The notes: generated from the letters alone by a model not told the origin. Positions 49,900 to 61,306 are shown, counted from the stretch's first letter. The stretch: DNA of 64,000 nt from Pedobacter sp. (GCA_050253415.1 JBFWJC010000005.1:32001-96000); one strand, 5' to 3'. Program-made: numbers and translations.

Positions 49900-50826
49900 A
49901 TGCTGGCGGCGGTAGATGTTGGTTCCAACACGGTACGGATGCTTCTTGGTGATGTTCGCAACGGCGCGATCATGCCGATTCGCTATGTGCGTCATGTCAC
50001 TCGTCTGGCCGGCGGTTCTGATCCCCGGTTGGGCCTGGCAGGTCAAAGCATGAATAATACCCTGACTGCATTGGGAGAAATGGCAGAAGCCATAAAAACG
50101 TCCGGTGCCGATAGGGTTAGGGTAGTCGGTACCGAAGCCTTACGTCGTGCCACCAATGGATCCGACTTTGCTCGCAGGGTTGAAGAGAATACCGGACTGC
50201 AACTAGAGATTATCGATGGCGAAGTTGAGGCATGTCTAAGTTGTAAGGGAGTTTTTGCTGCTCTGGATCCACGTCCGGATCGTTGTCTGATGTTTGATAT
50301 TGGGGGAGGTAGCACCGAATTCGTACTGTATGTCGACGGTCGGATCATGTTTCAAAGAAGCTATCCGCTTGGCGTTGTTGATCTCTGTGAGAAGTATTCC
50401 GATCCCGTCAATCAGCAAATATATATTGGTTCGATCCTCGATCGGGTGGCGGATGATTTGACGCTGTCTTCGTTGCTTGATACCGTCCTGGCTTCCTCAA
50501 CAATGTTGGTTGGGACCGCAGGAACGGTAACCACTCTGGCAGCTATCAAGCTCCGAATGACTGTTTATGATGGACTGCTTGTCAACAACCTGAATCTTTA
50601 TCCCGATGAACTTGCTTCATTGCTTCATCATCTTAAACCCTTATCAGATAGCCAGCGTGAGCAGATACCCGGTCTTGAAAAAGGCCGTGGCGATCTTATT
50701 GTACCTGGTATTCGCATTGTCCAGGGTATTTTCGGTCGCTTTCAAAAAGACGTGTTGAAAGTAAGCGATTTCGGTTTGCTGGAAGGGTTGCTTTTGACCA
50801 TGGCCGAAGAGCAGTCTTTATCCTGA
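49900..50826 (+). CDS. ppx: Ppx/GppA exopolyphosphatase
   Basis: DVGSNTVR, DIGGGSTE, GTAGT and GLLEG. Confidence 0.9.
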   Translation: MLAAVDVGSNTVRMLLGDVRNGAIMPIRYVRHVTRLAGGSDPRLGLAGQSMNNTLTALGEMAEAIKTSGADRVRVVGTEALRRATNGSDFARRVEENTGLQLEIIDGEVEACLSCKGVFAALDPRPDRCLMFDIGGGSTEFVLYVDGRIMFQRSYPLGVVDLCEKYSDPVNQQIYIGSILDRVADDLTLSSLLDTVLASSTMLVGTAGTVTTLAAIKLRMTVYDGLLVNNLNLYPDELASLLHHLKPLSDSQREQIPGLEKGRGDLIVPGIRIVQGIFGRFQKDVLKVSDFGLLEGLLLTMAEEQSLS

Positions 50827-50989
50827 GAGGCTGTCGGACTTAGGTCAGAATCCGCTATAAAATGATTAACTCAGCCTATTCTGCGTAAACAGTCGATCCA
50901 TTCGCTCCCTTTGGGCTTACGCATTTACTTAAATCTGCTTCGAATTTCCACTATGTTAAAACGATTCTTTAAGTCCCACCGATTCCTAG
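50827..50989. mobile_element. Possible MITE-like IS-end remnant
   Basis: Imperfect terminal IRs GAGGCTGTCGGACTTA ... TAAGTCCCACCGATTCCTAG around ~160 bp of non-coding DNA. Confidence 0.35.
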
Positions 50990-51092
50990 AGTAATTGACA
51001 ATCTATTTCCGCTTCACTATATTAATTTTCAGCATTTTCAAACACCATTTGTGAAAACATACCATGACACAGAAGACTGAAAAGGACGCACC

Positions 51093-52859
51093 ATGAAACG
51101 CACCATGTTATCTGGAAACGAGGCCATTGCTCGTGGAGCTTTTGAGGCCGGTGTTAAGGTGGCTTCTGCTTATCCCGGTACGCCCAGCACGGAAATTCTT
51201 GAAAACATTACCCAATATCCCACCATCGATGCATCCTGGGCTCCCAATGAAAAGGTGGCACTCGAAGTAGGTATCGGTGCATCGTTCGGCGGTGGCCGGG
51301 CGCTTGTGGCGATGAAACACGTCGGGGTGAATGTTGCAGCAGACCCTTTGTTTACGCTTTCTTACACGGGGGTTAAGGGCGGGCTGGTTCTGGTGACCGC
51401 CGATGATCCCGAGTTGCATTCTTCCCAGAATGAGCAGGACAATCGCAATTACGCCAAGTTTGCCAAAATCCCCATGTTCGAACCGGCGGACAGCCAGGAA
51501 GCCCTGGATTTTACGTGTCTGGCTCTGTCCGTCAGTGAACAGTTCGATACGCCTGTTTTCTTGCGTACCACAACGCGTATTTCTCATTCCAAGTCGGTTG
51601 TCGAGCTTGGCGAACCGGTAACGGATCTTCCCTTGCCGTCGGCTGAAAAGAATCCTGCCAAATTTGTCATGCTGCCAGGCAATGCTCGCAAACGGCATGT
51701 ATTGGTTGAGGATCGTCTGCAACGCATGGAAGTGTGGGCCTGCCAGCAACCGTTCAACCGAATCGAAGTCGGGGAAGGTAAGGTTGGTGTCATAACAAGT
51801 GGTGTTTCTTATTTGTATGCGAAAGAGATTCTGCCTGACGCAGACATCCTGAAGCTGGGAATGGTCTATCCTCTACCAAAGCAGCTAATTAGGGATTTTG
51901 CCAATCGCTACGACACGTTATATGTCATAGAAGAACTTGATCCCTTTATCGAGGAACAGGTTCGGGCCATGGGGATTGCTGTACATGGCAAGGATCTGCT
52001 GCCCATCTGTGGTGAACTCACTCCCGGTCGCTTGCAAAAGGCGCTTACCGGCGAGGAATTCAAGAGTTTTTATATTCCGCAAGAACCTTTGCCCAACCGT
52101 CCGCCCAATATGTGTCCAGGGTGCCCGCACCGCAGTATCTTTCATACGCTCAATCGACTTAAGGCTTTTGTGACCGGCGATATCGGGTGTTACACCTTGG
52201 GCTTTATGGAACCCTTGTCCGCCATGGATACTTGCATCTGCATGGGAGCAAGTATCGGTAACGCAACCGGTATGTCAAAAGTGCTTGATGCACAGGATGC
52301 TCAGCGCATTGTTGCTGTTATCGGGGACTCGACCTTTCTGCACACCGGAATCAACGGTTTGATGGATATGGTTTACAATAAATCGACTGCCACGGTTCTG
52401 ATTCTGGACAACCGGACGACCGCCATGACCGGTCGCCAGGAAAACCCCGGTTCCGGGTATACCCTGGCAGGTGAAGAAACCTACCAAGTCGACCTCGAAG
52501 CCCTGTGCCGCAGTGTCGGGGTTAAGCATCTCACGGTGGTCGATCCTTATGATATTGCCCATACCCGTCAAGTTATTAAAACCGAGATGCAACGCCCCGA
52601 GGTTTCGGTAATCATAGCTAGACGGGCCTGTATGCTGGTTAAGCGGGATCCCGTTAAACGGCAGGCTGTGCTTGCGGTGGATGCGGAAAAATGCACAGGT
52701 TGCAAGGCATGCCTTGCCTTGGGCTGCCCGGCCATCGAATGGCAACCGGATGCTGGCGATAAAGGAAAAGCCGTTATTAATCCGCTGTTGTGCTGTGGGT
52801 GTGGTTTGTGTCCGCAGGTATGTCATTTTGATGCCATAGGAGGCCGTCATGAAGGATAA
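51093..52859 (+). CDS. iorA: Indolepyruvate:ferredoxin oxidoreductase alpha subunit
   Basis: SGNEAIARG, YPGTPSTE, CPGCPH, GDIGC, GDSTF and C-terminal ferredoxin. Confidence 0.95.
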   Translation: MKRTMLSGNEAIARGAFEAGVKVASAYPGTPSTEILENITQYPTIDASWAPNEKVALEVGIGASFGGGRALVAMKHVGVNVAADPLFTLSYTGVKGGLVLVTADDPELHSSQNEQDNRNYAKFAKIPMFEPADSQEALDFTCLALSVSEQFDTPVFLRTTTRISHSKSVVELGEPVTDLPLPSAEKNPAKFVMLPGNARKRHVLVEDRLQRMEVWACQQPFNRIEVGEGKVGVITSGVSYLYAKEILPDADILKLGMVYPLPKQLIRDFANRYDTLYVIEELDPFIEEQVRAMGIAVHGKDLLPICGELTPGRLQKALTGEEFKSFYIPQEPLPNRPPNMCPGCPHRSIFHTLNRLKAFVTGDIGCYTLGFMEPLSAMDTCICMGASIGNATGMSKVLDAQDAQRIVAVIGDSTFLHTGINGLMDMVYNKSTATVLILDNRTTAMTGRQENPGSGYTLAGEETYQVDLEALCRSVGVKHLTVVDPYDIAHTRQVIKTEMQRPEVSVIIARRACMLVKRDPVKRQAVLAVDAEKCTGCKACLALGCPAIEWQPDAGDKGKAVINPLLCCGCGLCPQVCHFDAIGGRHEG

Positions 52860-53442
52860 AGTGACCAATATTCTTATCTCGGGTGTTGGCGGACAGGGAA
52901 TCCTTCTGGCCAGCGAGGTACTTTCAGAGGTTTTGATGCTGGCCGGATACGATGTCAAAAAAAATGAAATTCATGGCATGGCTCAGCGTGGCGGAAGTGT
53001 CGTGTCGCATATTCGTTTTGGAACCAAGGTCTACTCCTCCATAATTCCGGAAGGTGAAGCCGATCTCCTGCTTGGGTTTGAATTGCTCGAAACGTATCGT
53101 TACTTGCCGCTGCTTCGTCAGGGGGCAAAGGTTGTGGCAAATAATTTGAAAATCCTGCCGCCACCTGTCACCCTCGGCAAGGAAAAGTATCCCGAGAATA
53201 TCCAGGAAAAAATCAAGAAAGCTTTTCCGGACACGCTGTTGGTCAATGGAATAGAGTTGGCCACTCAGGCTGGGAACCCGCGAACCGTTAATATCGCTCT
53301 TTTGGGTGCGATGGTCGGAACATTGCCGATCGAGGCTTCGTTGTGGCGTGAAACCTTGCGCCGGATGGTTCCTGAGCGTTTTCTTGACATGAATCTCAAG
53401 GCATTTGATCTCGGCTCCCAAGCCGCTTCAGCGCACAGCTAG
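52849..53442 (+). CDS. iorB: Indolepyruvate:ferredoxin oxidoreductase beta subunit
   Basis: GVGGQG and HGMAQRGGSV; follows iorA. Confidence 0.95.
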   Translation: MKDKVTNILISGVGGQGILLASEVLSEVLMLAGYDVKKNEIHGMAQRGGSVVSHIRFGTKVYSSIIPEGEADLLLGFELLETYRYLPLLRQGAKVVANNLKILPPPVTLGKEKYPENIQEKIKKAFPDTLLVNGIELATQAGNPRTVNIALLGAMVGTLPIEASLWRETLRRMVPERFLDMNLKAFDLGSQAASAHS

Positions 53443-53457
53443 GGGAGGGGCTCCGCC

Positions 53458-54759
53458 ATGTACTGGAATGAAGAATTTGAAACCCTGCCGCGCGAAGCGA
53501 TCGAGGCTCTGCAGCTCAAACGGTTGCAGCATGCCGTAGAGCGGGTTTATGCCACGGTACCCTTTTATCGGGAAGCGTTCCAAAAAGCTGGAGTGACTCC
53601 TGATAAGATTAAGTCCCTCTCGGATCTCCAGCGTTTGCCTTTTACGCTTAAGCAGGATATGCGTGACAACTACCCTTATGGGTTGTTTGCCGTGCCTATG
53701 GAACGTATCGTGCGGATTCATGCCTCGTCCGGCACTACCGGCAAACCCACCGTTGTCGGCTATACCCGTCGCGATATTGAAATATGGTCGGAATTGATGG
53801 CCCGCTCTTTTGGCGCGGCGGGTGTCGGTCGTGGTGACGTTATTCATAATGCTTACGGCTATGGCTTGTTTACAGGCGGCCTGGGAGCCCATTACGGTGC
53901 CGAAAAACTCGGTGCCGCAGTGATTCCCATGTCCGGTGGCAACAGCAAAAAGCAGATCATGATCATGCAGGACTTTGGTTCCACCGTCCTTACCTGCACC
54001 CCTTCCTACAGCCTCTATCTTGCAGAAGTTGCTGCTGAACAGGGGGTCGATATCAAGAGTTGCGCTCTGCGCGTAGGTATTATGGGTGCCGAGCCGTGGA
54101 GTGAATCGATTCGTGCCGAGATCGAGGAAAAGCTTAATATCAAGGCCATCGATATATACGGCCTGTCGGAAATTCTCGGACCCGGGGTGGCGATCGAATG
54201 CATTGAAGAACAGCATGGCCTGCACATCTGGGAAGACCATTTCATCGCCGAGATTATCAATCCCGATACCGGTGAAGTTTTGCCCGCAGGGGAGCAGGGT
54301 GAGTTGGTGATTACCACCATCACCAAAGAAGGCATTCCCATGATCCGCTATCGGACGCGTGATATCACCCGCTTGATCACCGAGCCATGTCGCTGCGGAC
54401 GAACCCATCGTCGCCTGGAGCGCATGAGCGGTCGCACGGATGATATGCTTATCATACGCGGGGTGAACGTATTCCCGTCGCAGATCGAGAGCGTGTTGAT
54501 GAAGATTGAGGGCGTTGAGCCTCATTATCAGTTGATCATCGATCGTGAAGAGAATCTTGACTCACTCGAAGTGCAGGTAGAAGTCAACGAAGATACTTTC
54601 TCCGACACAGTTAAAACTTTGCAGGATCTTGCCGCTCGCATTCGTAAGGAAATCAAGGAACTGCTCGGCATTACCTGCAAAGTTCGCCTGGTAGAACCTA
54701 AAACCATTGCCCGGTCGGAAGGAAAAGCCCAGCGCGTAATCGATCAACGCATCAAGTAA
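53458..54759 (+). CDS. paaK: Phenylacetate-CoA ligase
   Basis: [28 protein letters not shown] and RYRTRD. Confidence 0.93.
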   Translation: MYWNEEFETLPREAIEALQLKRLQHAVERVYATVPFYREAFQKAGVTPDKIKSLSDLQRLPFTLKQDMRDNYPYGLFAVPMERIVRIHASSGTTGKPTVVGYTRRDIEIWSELMARSFGAAGVGRGDVIHNAYGYGLFTGGLGAHYGAEKLGAAVIPMSGGNSKKQIMIMQDFGSTVLTCTPSYSLYLAEVAAEQGVDIKSCALRVGIMGAEPWSESIRAEIEEKLNIKAIDIYGLSEILGPGVAIECIEEQHGLHIWEDHFIAEIINPDTGEVLPAGEQGELVITTITKEGIPMIRYRTRDITRLITEPCRCGRTHRRLERMSGRTDDMLIIRGVNVFPSQIESVLMKIEGVEPHYQLIIDREENLDSLEVQVEVNEDTFSDTVKTLQDLAARIRKEIKELLGITCKVRLVEPKTIARSEGKAQRVIDQRIK

Positions 54760-54788
54760 CCACGCATACCTGAGATAGGGGAGGTCGC

Positions 54789-55220
54789 ATGAAGGTTCAG
54801 CAGATTTCCGTTTTTATTGAAAACATACCCGGGCGTCTTGCCGAGGTAAGCAGGGTACTCGGTAAAGCTGGGATCAACATCCGCGCTCTGTCTTTAGCCG
54901 ATACCTCTGATTTTGGCGTTTTGCGCTTAATTGTTGATAAAATCGATCGCGCCAAAGAAGTGCTTGCAGAGCATCAATTTACGGTTACCAAGACCGATGT
55001 TGTCGCCGTGGAAGTTCCAGACCGCCCTTTGGGTCTTGCTGAAATCCTCCACATACTCGACTCTGCAGGAGTAACGGTTGAATATCTCTACGCCTTCGTT
55101 GAACGTATGGAAGAAAATGCTGTGATTATTTTCAGATTTGATAATGTTGATGAAGCTGTAAAGGTTTTGATGGGGGCCGGAATCAAAATTCTTCCAGGTG
55201 AAAGAGTATATAATTTGTAG
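54789..55220 (+). CDS. Tandem ACT-domain protein
   Basis: [19 protein letters not shown] and VEVPDRP.GL; typical paaK neighbour. Confidence 0.9.
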   Translation: MKVQQISVFIENIPGRLAEVSRVLGKAGINIRALSLADTSDFGVLRLIVDKIDRAKEVLAEHQFTVTKTDVVAVEVPDRPLGLAEILHILDSAGVTVEYLYAFVERMEENAVIIFRFDNVDEAVKVLMGAGIKILPGERVYNL

Positions 55221-55293
55221 GCGTTGTTTGACAAAACGCCGAAGTACTTGATTTTTAATGAAAAATATTCCCTGCCTGATGTATGATTTTAGC

Positions 55294-55322
55294 TTGACAA
55301 TTGGTCGCAGATTTAGCATAAT
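55294..55322 (+). promoter_or_regulatory. sigma70 promoter of tRNA-Pro
   Basis: TTGACA-17 bp-CATAAT followed by a GC-rich discriminator. Confidence 0.8.
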
Positions 55323-55339
55323 CCGCGGGCGTTGATTGA

Positions 55340-55417
<78 letters not shown>

Positions 55418-55420
55418 CGC

Positions 55421-55458
55421 AAAAGAGCCGCAATGAAAATTGCGGCTCTTTTTTTTTT
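55421..55458 (+). terminator. Intrinsic terminator (possibly bidirectional)
   Basis: AAAAGAGCCGCAAT-GAAA-ATTGCGGCTC followed by a long T run. Confidence 0.9.
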
Positions 55459-55575
55459 GATCAGCCTGGGGTGTGAATTCGCTGCGCTGAACGATATAAA
55501 GGTTGCTGGGTAAAATCGAGGGAAGCCTTCATCCTCCCTTAACCAAACTCTCCTTCTGAATTATTTTCTCAGTCC

Positions 55576-56340
55576 TCATCTGGAAATCTCCAATTCCCTC
55601 TTTTTTGTATAGAACAGCCTGACCATTTCGTATTCGAAAGGCGACCCCGTCTGGTAATACCGAAAGGATTGCCTGTGTCTTCGATCAACGCTGCTGACAC
55701 CTGTAAAGCTGCGAGACGCTGCATTGCTTTCTACCCAGGCAACGGGTCCCACACCGGCAAAGCTGGCAGAGTCACCGAGAATGCCAATGGTATCGCGCAG
55801 ATTTGACGGCCCAAGGATGGGCAGTATCAGGTATGGACCATGTCCTGCTCCGTAATAGCCGAGGGTCTGACCAAAATCCTCCGGTTGTTGATGTATTCCC
55901 CATCCTGTTGCGGGATCCCAGAGACCGCCGATTCCTACCGTGCTATTGATGACAAGCCTGGAAAGAGTAATCCCCGTGCCTTGTAATTTTCCCTGCAGGA
56001 GGTTGTTGAACAGATTGTTGAATTCGAACACGTTGTCGACAAAATTCGATATTCGGTCTTCTACATAGTTCGGCAAGACAAAATCGTAAGCACTTACCAC
56101 CGGTAAAAAAATATATTTATCGAAATAATAGTTAAATCTGTAGGTTCCTCGGTTGAACCCCTCCAGGGGATCGTAAATCTCCAGTGGGTGTTGTTTTCCG
56201 TTATCCACCAGATCCTCGTATTTCCGTATTGGCGGTTGTGTTTCCATGGTTGTGCGGGGCAGGGTGCTGCAACCGGTTAACAGAAGTCCTGAACACAGAA
56301 TTATGGGTGTCAGTATGGTGAAAATCAGGCGTCCTATCAT
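55576..56340 (-). CDS. mlaA: MlaA/VacJ lipoprotein
   Basis: Lipobox LTGC, DPLEGFNR, EDFGQTL and PYL.LP.LGPS..RD. Confidence 0.9.
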   Translation of the reverse strand: MIGRLIFTILTPIILCSGLLLTGCSTLPRTTMETQPPIRKYEDLVDNGKQHPLEIYDPLEGFNRGTYRFNYYFDKYIFLPVVSAYDFVLPNYVEDRISNFVDNVFEFNNLFNNLLQGKLQGTGITLSRLVINSTVGIGGLWDPATGWGIHQQPEDFGQTLGYYGAGHGPYLILPILGPSNLRDTIGILGDSASFAGVGPVAWVESNAASRSFTGVSSVDRRHRQSFRYYQTGSPFEYEMVRLFYTKKRELEISR

Positions 56341-56341
56341 T

Positions 56342-57631
56342 TTAGTTTTCCTCAGTGCGGAAAAAGTTTGTCATGAAGCGCACTACATCCGGATGGTTCA
56401 TGTTGCCGCAATGCCCTCCTAGCGGATAAATTTTCGCGCGGGGCCCGAAAATTTTGCGAATGTAATCGATGTCTCCCGGATCCAGAATGATATCGTCCTG
56501 GTTGTGCAATACGCCGATTTTATTCGCCTGTCGCAAGTAAGGTTCAAGGTAGTTAAGACTGAGTCTGTCTATCAGATTTTCCTCGGTCAGATTGGGGGTG
56601 AATTGTCTGATATGAGGAAACAGGTATTGATGGAAATAGTCGCCAAACGTCGTGCGAGAAGCGACCATGGCGTAAGGAGTCAGGGAGGTGGCATAGTTGA
56701 ACCCGGCATTTTTCGGTGTTATGTATCCTCCTCCGTTCATGATGTCTGCAGTGAAAATCATATTGGAGGACGACATGCGGAAGGAGAGACCAATGATAGC
56801 TCGGAGAACAGGTTCGCGGCGTGGATACCTTTCATGTACCTTGTAAATATATTCACCGGAAAATTCGAAATAGCCCATTTCCTTGTAAATATCTGAAAGG
56901 TTTTGCATGACGTCGTCAAGCCAGGCTTTAAAATTATTGATCCCGCCAGGAATATTGTCGTCAAGCAAACGATCGAGAATGGAGACCGAACGGTAAAGGC
57001 TGACTGGTGGGTTGATGAGCAACACTTTTTTGAATTGAAATTCCTTTTGCTCCTCGTCAAGTTTAGATACGAAAGCCGACTGAATGCCACCAAGGCTGTA
57101 GCCGGTAAGGTAATAGTTTGTGACGGAAATCTGATTGCTGACCTTTTCCATGGCCAGGCGCATGACCCGGTACAAGTCTTTGGCATCTTCGGTAAGGTCG
57201 CCGGGGACCATACTGGTGGAGGCGTTGATGACAAAGTCCATATGTGTTGGAGAAGAGATGGAAAAAACGTGGAATCCCGCCTGGTATAAGGCGCGTTGCA
57301 GGTCAACCATCTTTGGCGAATCGTAGCGAGCGCCGGTTCCGGCAATAATAAAGATGAGGGGCGCCTTGTGGTCCTGTTGTGCAAGGGAGCAGGGCAGTCC
57401 ATTTTCATACCAGAAAACTTTGGGGATATGTCTCTGCGGGAAAATCTTTAGATTGACAATTGTTTGTGGGATTTTTTTTGGGAGGTCTGCCTGCAATGCG
57501 GGCGGCGTTTCGATTACAGTCGCTTCATAAGGGTTGGTGAAAGGATAAAGGTAGCTGCTCTCGGCAATAGCGCCCCTTCCCGATCCAATAAGTACTATGA
57601 GGGTAAGTAGAATTATGCATAAGGAACGCAT
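56342..57631 (-). CDS. Secreted alpha/beta-hydrolase-fold protein
   Basis: Signal peptide, GYSLG nucleophile elbow, HNQDD and GGHCG. Confidence 0.8.
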   Translation of the reverse strand: MRSLCIILLTLIVLIGSGRGAIAESSYLYPFTNPYEATVIETPPALQADLPKKIPQTIVNLKIFPQRHIPKVFWYENGLPCSLAQQDHKAPLIFIIAGTGARYDSPKMVDLQRALYQAGFHVFSISSPTHMDFVINASTSMVPGDLTEDAKDLYRVMRLAMEKVSNQISVTNYYLTGYSLGGIQSAFVSKLDEEQKEFQFKKVLLINPPVSLYRSVSILDRLLDDNIPGGINNFKAWLDDVMQNLSDIYKEMGYFEFSGEYIYKVHERYPRREPVLRAIIGLSFRMSSSNMIFTADIMNGGGYITPKNAGFNYATSLTPYAMVASRTTFGDYFHQYLFPHIRQFTPNLTEENLIDRLSLNYLEPYLRQANKIGVLHNQDDIILDPGDIDYIRKIFGPRAKIYPLGGHCGNMNHPDVVRFMTNFFRTEEN

Positions 57632-57999
57632 GGCACTCTCCGATGAGTGAACCCTGGGGAGGGGTTCGCAATATTATGAGGGGGGAGGGGGCTTGCCCGC
57701 TCATGTGTAAAAACAAGGTTCATTAGCAATGTTTTAAATGTTGCTACCGGATCTCAATAGGAGATCGTCGTTCACAGATTATGTATTAACTAAAATGAAT
57801 TGGCAACACTATCCAATGAACTAAAACTTTAAAATGTAACTTACTGTAAATATGACTTTTATGCTCCTGAGATGGGATGAAGGGTGATGGGGGGAGGATA
57901 GGTTGTGCCAACTGAAAAAAAATTACTGGTTGTAAAACAGTTTTTGTTTTGTATCATTACCAGTTGTATGTGCAGGTCTTTTGTTCAGGGGGGTACGTG

Positions 58000-58245
58000 A
58001 TGTCGAAAGATTGTTTTGTCTTGGAGAGGCACCAGGAATACGCACAGAGTCTCAAAGAAATGCACTTTCGCTTGGGGCGGATGGCTACAGAGTTGACGGA
58101 TATTTACGGTAAGCCGTCGGCTTATTATGCCAAAAAAGCTCAGGATGCTATCGAAAGCCTAAGGGAATTGCTTGGCGAGGCTTTGTATGCCGAGCACCCT
58201 GAGCTTGATCAGGACGAATCGGGCCTTCTTTACATTATCTCCTGA
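58000..58245 (+). CDS. Small hypothetical protein
   Basis: Helical ORF MSKDCFVLERHQEY... after a G-rich SD-like run. Confidence 0.5.
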   Translation: MSKDCFVLERHQEYAQSLKEMHFRLGRMATELTDIYGKPSAYYAKKAQDAIESLRELLGEALYAEHPELDQDESGLLYIIS

Positions 58246-58319
58246 AAATCCTATCTCTCATCTTTTCTTCATGGTTAATCATTCCGGGTATCGGGACAGG
58301 ACAGGTACGCCCTTGCGGA

Positions 58320-58763
58320 CTAAATTTTTTGAATCCCGAGCGCCTCGGGAAGCGTCTCGACAAATGCCCTGATTTCATCTCGTATCCGCCTGTAACAATT
58401 CAGTTTATCTTCCTCAGTAGTAAAACTTTTCGCCATTTTGGGTGGGTCGTCAAACCCGACGTGGACCACGGTGGCCTGGCCGGGAAATACCGGACAGGTT
58501 TCATGGGCATGTCCACAAACTGTGATGACGTAATCGAAGGGGATGTCGAGCATGTCGCGGATATTCTGCGACTCTTGAGTCGAAATATCGACCCCTGCTT
58601 CGGACATCACCTGTACTGCCAGCGGATTAAGGCCGTGGGTCTCTATGCCGGCGGACCAGACTTCAACCTGATCGCTTTTAAGGTGTCTTGTCCAGCCCTC
58701 TGCCATTTGACTGCGGCAAGAATTTCCGGTGCATAAAAAGAGCACTTTAATTCTGTTTTGCAT
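58320..58763 (-). CDS. arsC: Arsenate reductase, LMW-PTP (thioredoxin-coupled) type
   Basis: CTGNSCRSQMAEG, ITVC....ETCP and FDDP. Confidence 0.9.
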   Translation of the reverse strand: MQNRIKVLFLCTGNSCRSQMAEGWTRHLKSDQVEVWSAGIETHGLNPLAVQVMSEAGVDISTQESQNIRDMLDIPFDYVITVCGHAHETCPVFPGQATVVHVGFDDPPKMAKSFTTEEDKLNCYRRIRDEIRAFVETLPEALGIQKI

Positions 58764-59148
58764 GGGGTAATTCCTTTCATTTATCTGAATAATGGGTGCA
58801 TCAGTAGGCTGACTTTGCCCACATTCAAAGATGTAAGCCCTCTATCTGTCAAGAATAAACCTCCCAAAATCTTCAATACTCATCTAGTTATCTTGGACAA
58901 GGAATCCTGGTCGCCTGGTTTTGTCGACTCGCGTAATTGCTTTCTTTGTAACCACAGTAAAGTTGTGTGGAAACAATCTAGGCCACTTTTAAAAAAATAT
59001 ACGGGGTAAATTGGTTTATACTTTTCCGTAACACATCGAAATAATTACACCTATCCGATTTCTTGAGAGTATAACACAGCAAAGCACTGTGTTATTACCT
59101 AAAATTATGCTTGACTGAATAACAAAAGAAAGTTATCTTTCATGCAAC

Positions 59149-59174
59149 TAACCCGACAAAAAAAATAGGAAATA
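59149..59174 (+). promoter_or_regulatory. Possible Rrf2-family (CymR/IscR-like) operator before the cys operon
   Basis: TAACCCGACAAAAAAAATAGGAAATA imperfect dyad just upstream of the first gene. Resemblance judged by eye only. Confidence 0.35.
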
Positions 59175-59188
59175 GGTGGAGGACTGCC

Positions 59189-59413
59189 GTGGACACAGCC
59201 CGTCGTAGTATTGCAAAAGCCCTTTCGTGGAGGTTTCTCGCTTCCGCGATTACCGGCGTGATCGTTTACCTGGTGACAGGAGAGCTTGAATATGCTGCGG
59301 GTATTGGTCTGGCCGATACCATCATCAAGCTGGTGGTATATGTGGGCCACGAACGTCTCTGGAACAATATTAGCTATGGGCGCGTTGAGAAGCAGCCCGA
59401 GTATTTTATCTGA
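59189..59413 (+). CDS. DUF2061-type small membrane protein
   Basis: RSIAKALSWR ... YVGHERLW..I.YG. Confidence 0.85.
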   Translation: MDTARRSIAKALSWRFLASAITGVIVYLVTGELEYAAGIGLADTIIKLVVYVGHERLWNNISYGRVEKQPEYFI

Positions 59414-59432
59414 AACGCTAGGGGAGGTCGGT

Positions 59433-60146
59433 ATGTCGCAGGATGAAATTAACAAAAACGATTTGCGGTTGCCTGAGGTTGAAGGACTCCAACCTGAGGA
59501 AATCATTCTTGCTGGTGTTAAGGCTGCCTCTGGGGGCGTATCCATGGCCTGCTCTTTTAGTGTCGAGGATGTGGTGGTTGTCGATATGCTGCAAAAAATC
59601 GCTCCCCAGGTGCGGGTTTTTGCCCTCGATACCGGCCGACTCAACGAAGAAACCTATCAGGTTGCCGAATCGGTAAGGGTCCGTTACGACCTGCAGATCG
59701 ACTGGTATTTCCCTGAGCGTCAGGCGGTGGAAAATCTTGAAAGGGATAAAGGGCTTTTCTCTTTTCGCGAAACGCTTGAAAACCGCCATGAATGTTGCCG
59801 TATCCGCAAAGTCGAACCTCTTCAGAGGGCACTACAAGGACTCGGCGCGTGGGTTGTCGGTTTACGGCGTGAGCAAAGTGTGACGCGAGCCAATCTTCAA
59901 GCCCTTGAGGTTGATCAGGCTCATGGCGGGATTATCAAAATTTCCCCTTTGGTTAATTGGACCGAAAAGGAAGTCTGGGCGTATGCGGAAAAGCATGCGT
60001 TGCCCATCAACCGCTTGCATCGCATGGGGTATCCCTCCATAGGCTGCGCTCCCTGCACACGGCCCATCGAGCCGGGGGAAGATTTAAGGGCTGGGCGCTG
60101 GTGGTGGGAGAATCCGGAGCATAAGGAATGTGGTTTACACAAATAA
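59433..60146 (+). CDS. cysH: Fe-S APS reductase (CysH family)
   Basis: Start ATG 59433 after GGAGG. LDTGRL, ECCRIRK, SIGCAPCT and KECGLH. Confidence 0.93.
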   Translation: MSQDEINKNDLRLPEVEGLQPEEIILAGVKAASGGVSMACSFSVEDVVVVDMLQKIAPQVRVFALDTGRLNEETYQVAESVRVRYDLQIDWYFPERQAVENLERDKGLFSFRETLENRHECCRIRKVEPLQRALQGLGAWVVGLRREQSVTRANLQALEVDQAHGGIIKISPLVNWTEKEVWAYAEKHALPINRLHRMGYPSIGCAPCTRPIEPGEDLRAGRWWWENPEHKECGLHK

Positions 60147-60236
60147 GGCGGATCCGGAAAAGCGGAAATCGCCTGAGAATAAGGCAATAGTCCGAATGTC
60201 GACAGACTTCGGTCTGGAACCCGGGATAACACCCCG

Positions 60237-61142
60237 ATGGAGAATGTCATGACTCATCTGGAACAGTTGGAAGCGGAAAGTATACATATTATTCGTGAGG
60301 TTGCCGCCGAGTTCGAAAATCCGGTGATGCTCTATTCCATCGGTAAGGATTCGGCAGTGATGCTGCACCTGGCCCGTAAGGCCTTTTATCCTGCGCGGCC
60401 ACCGTTTCCGTTGATGCATGTCGATACGACCTGGAAGTTCCGGGAAATGATCACGTTTCGCGACCAGATGGCTGCCGAATGCGGCTTTGATCTGCTGGTG
60501 CATGTCAATGAGGAAGGCGTTCGGCAGGGGATTAACCCATTTGTCCACGGCTCGGCCGTGCATACGGACGTCATGAAGACCGAAGGTTTAAAGCAGGCGC
60601 TGGACAAGTATAAATTTGATGCGGCTTTCGGCGGCGCCCGTCGTGACGAGGAAAAGTCGCGCGCAAAAGAGCGAATTTTCTCCTTTCGTACGGCCAGTCA
60701 TCGCTGGGATCCGAAAAATCAGCGACCCGAACTTTGGAACATATACAACGCCAAGGTACAGCCGGGAGAAAGTATTCGCGCGTTTCCCCTTTCCAACTGG
60801 ACCGAACTTGATGTGTGGCAATACATTTACCTGGAGAATATCCCCATTGTGCCCCTCTATTTAGCCAAGGAGAGGCCGGTGGTGGAACGTGACGGCATGC
60901 TGATACTGGTTGACGATGACCGTCTGCAGTTGCGGCCCGGCGAAGAGGTTCAAATCAAGTCGGTACGCTTTCGTACCCTTGGTTGCTATCCGTTGACCGG
61001 GGCTGTGGAGTCGACGGCGGCAACCTTGCCGGAGATTATCCAGGAGATGCTTTTGACCCGTACTTCCGAGCGCCAGGGCCGGCTCATCGATCACGATCAG
61101 AGCGGATCGATGGAAAAGAAGAAGCAGGAAGGGTACTTTTGA
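60237..61142 (+). CDS. cysD: Sulfate adenylyltransferase subunit 2
   Basis: [22 protein letters not shown] and RFRTLGCYP. Confidence 0.96.
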   Translation: MENVMTHLEQLEAESIHIIREVAAEFENPVMLYSIGKDSAVMLHLARKAFYPARPPFPLMHVDTTWKFREMITFRDQMAAECGFDLLVHVNEEGVRQGINPFVHGSAVHTDVMKTEGLKQALDKYKFDAAFGGARRDEEKSRAKERIFSFRTASHRWDPKNQRPELWNIYNAKVQPGESIRAFPLSNWTELDVWQYIYLENIPIVPLYLAKERPVVERDGMLILVDDDRLQLRPGEEVQIKSVRFRTLGCYPLTGAVESTAATLPEIIQEMLLTRTSERQGRLIDHDQSGSMEKKKQEGYF

Positions 61143-61288
61143 TTTCTGATCGAGATCAGAAATCAAAAGTAAGCCGTCAGCTGTAAGCTGTAAGTTTGAA
61201 ATTACTTCTTGTAACTAGAAAAGCAGCTTAGAACATATATTTAAGGAATTGCTTTACTTCCAGCTTATAGCTTCCAGCTTAAAGCTTT
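61134..61288. repeat. Perfect hairpin over the cysD stop plus heptamer-repeat arms
   Basis: TACTTTTGATTTCTGATC-GA-GATCAGAAATCAAAAGTA (61134-61171), then AAGCTGT-type heptamers and later inverse CTTCCAG/CTTATAG heptamers. Confidence 0.7.
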
Positions 61289-61306
61289 TAAAATCGGAGA
61301 TTTTAT

